Positions 63,601 through 64,000 of a stretch of 64,000 bases of DNA are shown here, in pieces. The position numbers and the translations under genes are program-made. Numbering within the stretch: the first letter of the stretch is position 1; every line of letters starts with the position of its first letter. Below the pieces are notes generated by a model. The model saw only the letters and a program-made list of their open reading frames with translations. It had not been told where the DNA came from and did no database searches. The stretch comes from Callorhinchus milii (lineage: Eukaryota): assembly GCF_018977255.1 (NCBI RefSeq), contig NW_024704742.1, positions 77,316,001 to 77,380,000 on the forward strand, given 5' to 3'.

Positions 63601-64000
63601 GTTCTCCAGGTTCTTAAACTTCAAATCAAAAGCTAAGAGAGGCTATAACTAGGAGGAATTTCAGGCCTTGACTTGGCTTTCAGCCCCTTTCCTCGCTGTA
63701 GAATCCAGCTCCAGTTTCTGAGGGGGACGGATACTGAGCGTAGCGCGAAGCAAGGGCGACTCATCCATTGCTGAGATCTGCCGACATTCCACTCTTGTTT
63801 ATGCACATCTATATTTTCACTAAAAATAGTGAACCCAGGAATGTCAGGCCCCTGCAGTCATTTTGTTCAGAGCATGGGAAAGTGCCAGAGGCAGTACAGC
63901 TCTGGTGTATTTGCATACCAAGCACAGTTTCATATGACCGAGAGGATTTCAATTCTTCAATTTGCATTTGTTCCATATTCCGAAGTTCTTTTTAACCCTC

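Overview
AT-rich, repeat-dense, essentially non-coding vertebrate DNA. The repeats (CR1 and L2 LINE fragments, Deu-domain SINEs, a tRNA-Ala-headed SINE with an L2-type tail) point to a cartilaginous fish, probably a chimaera such as the elephant shark; this is an inference. I cannot identify a complete gene, real tRNA/rRNA or CRISPR array. The window looks like part of a very large intron or a regulatory gene desert. Well-supported content: three large L2 remnants, many CR1 3' fragments, five full-length tRNA-SINEs in two structural subfamilies plus many orphan tails, four Deu-SINEs, an intact 307-bp hAT MITE with perfect TIRs and an 8-bp TSD, a decayed PIF/Harbinger transposase only partly visible in the ORF track, and a recurrent ~100-bp palindromic element (at least 5 copies) that I cannot name. 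Three repeat-free, CpG-enriched blocks (~2.9-3.6 kb, ~32.3-33.3 kb, ~38.2-39.8 kb) each carry an ATG-to-splice-donor mini-ORF on the + strand and may be alternative promoters or first exons of one host gene. This is unproven and I do not recognise the peptides. I found no convincing new biological system; the best leads are listed as findings. Family names are recalled from memory, and boundaries of old repeats are approximate.
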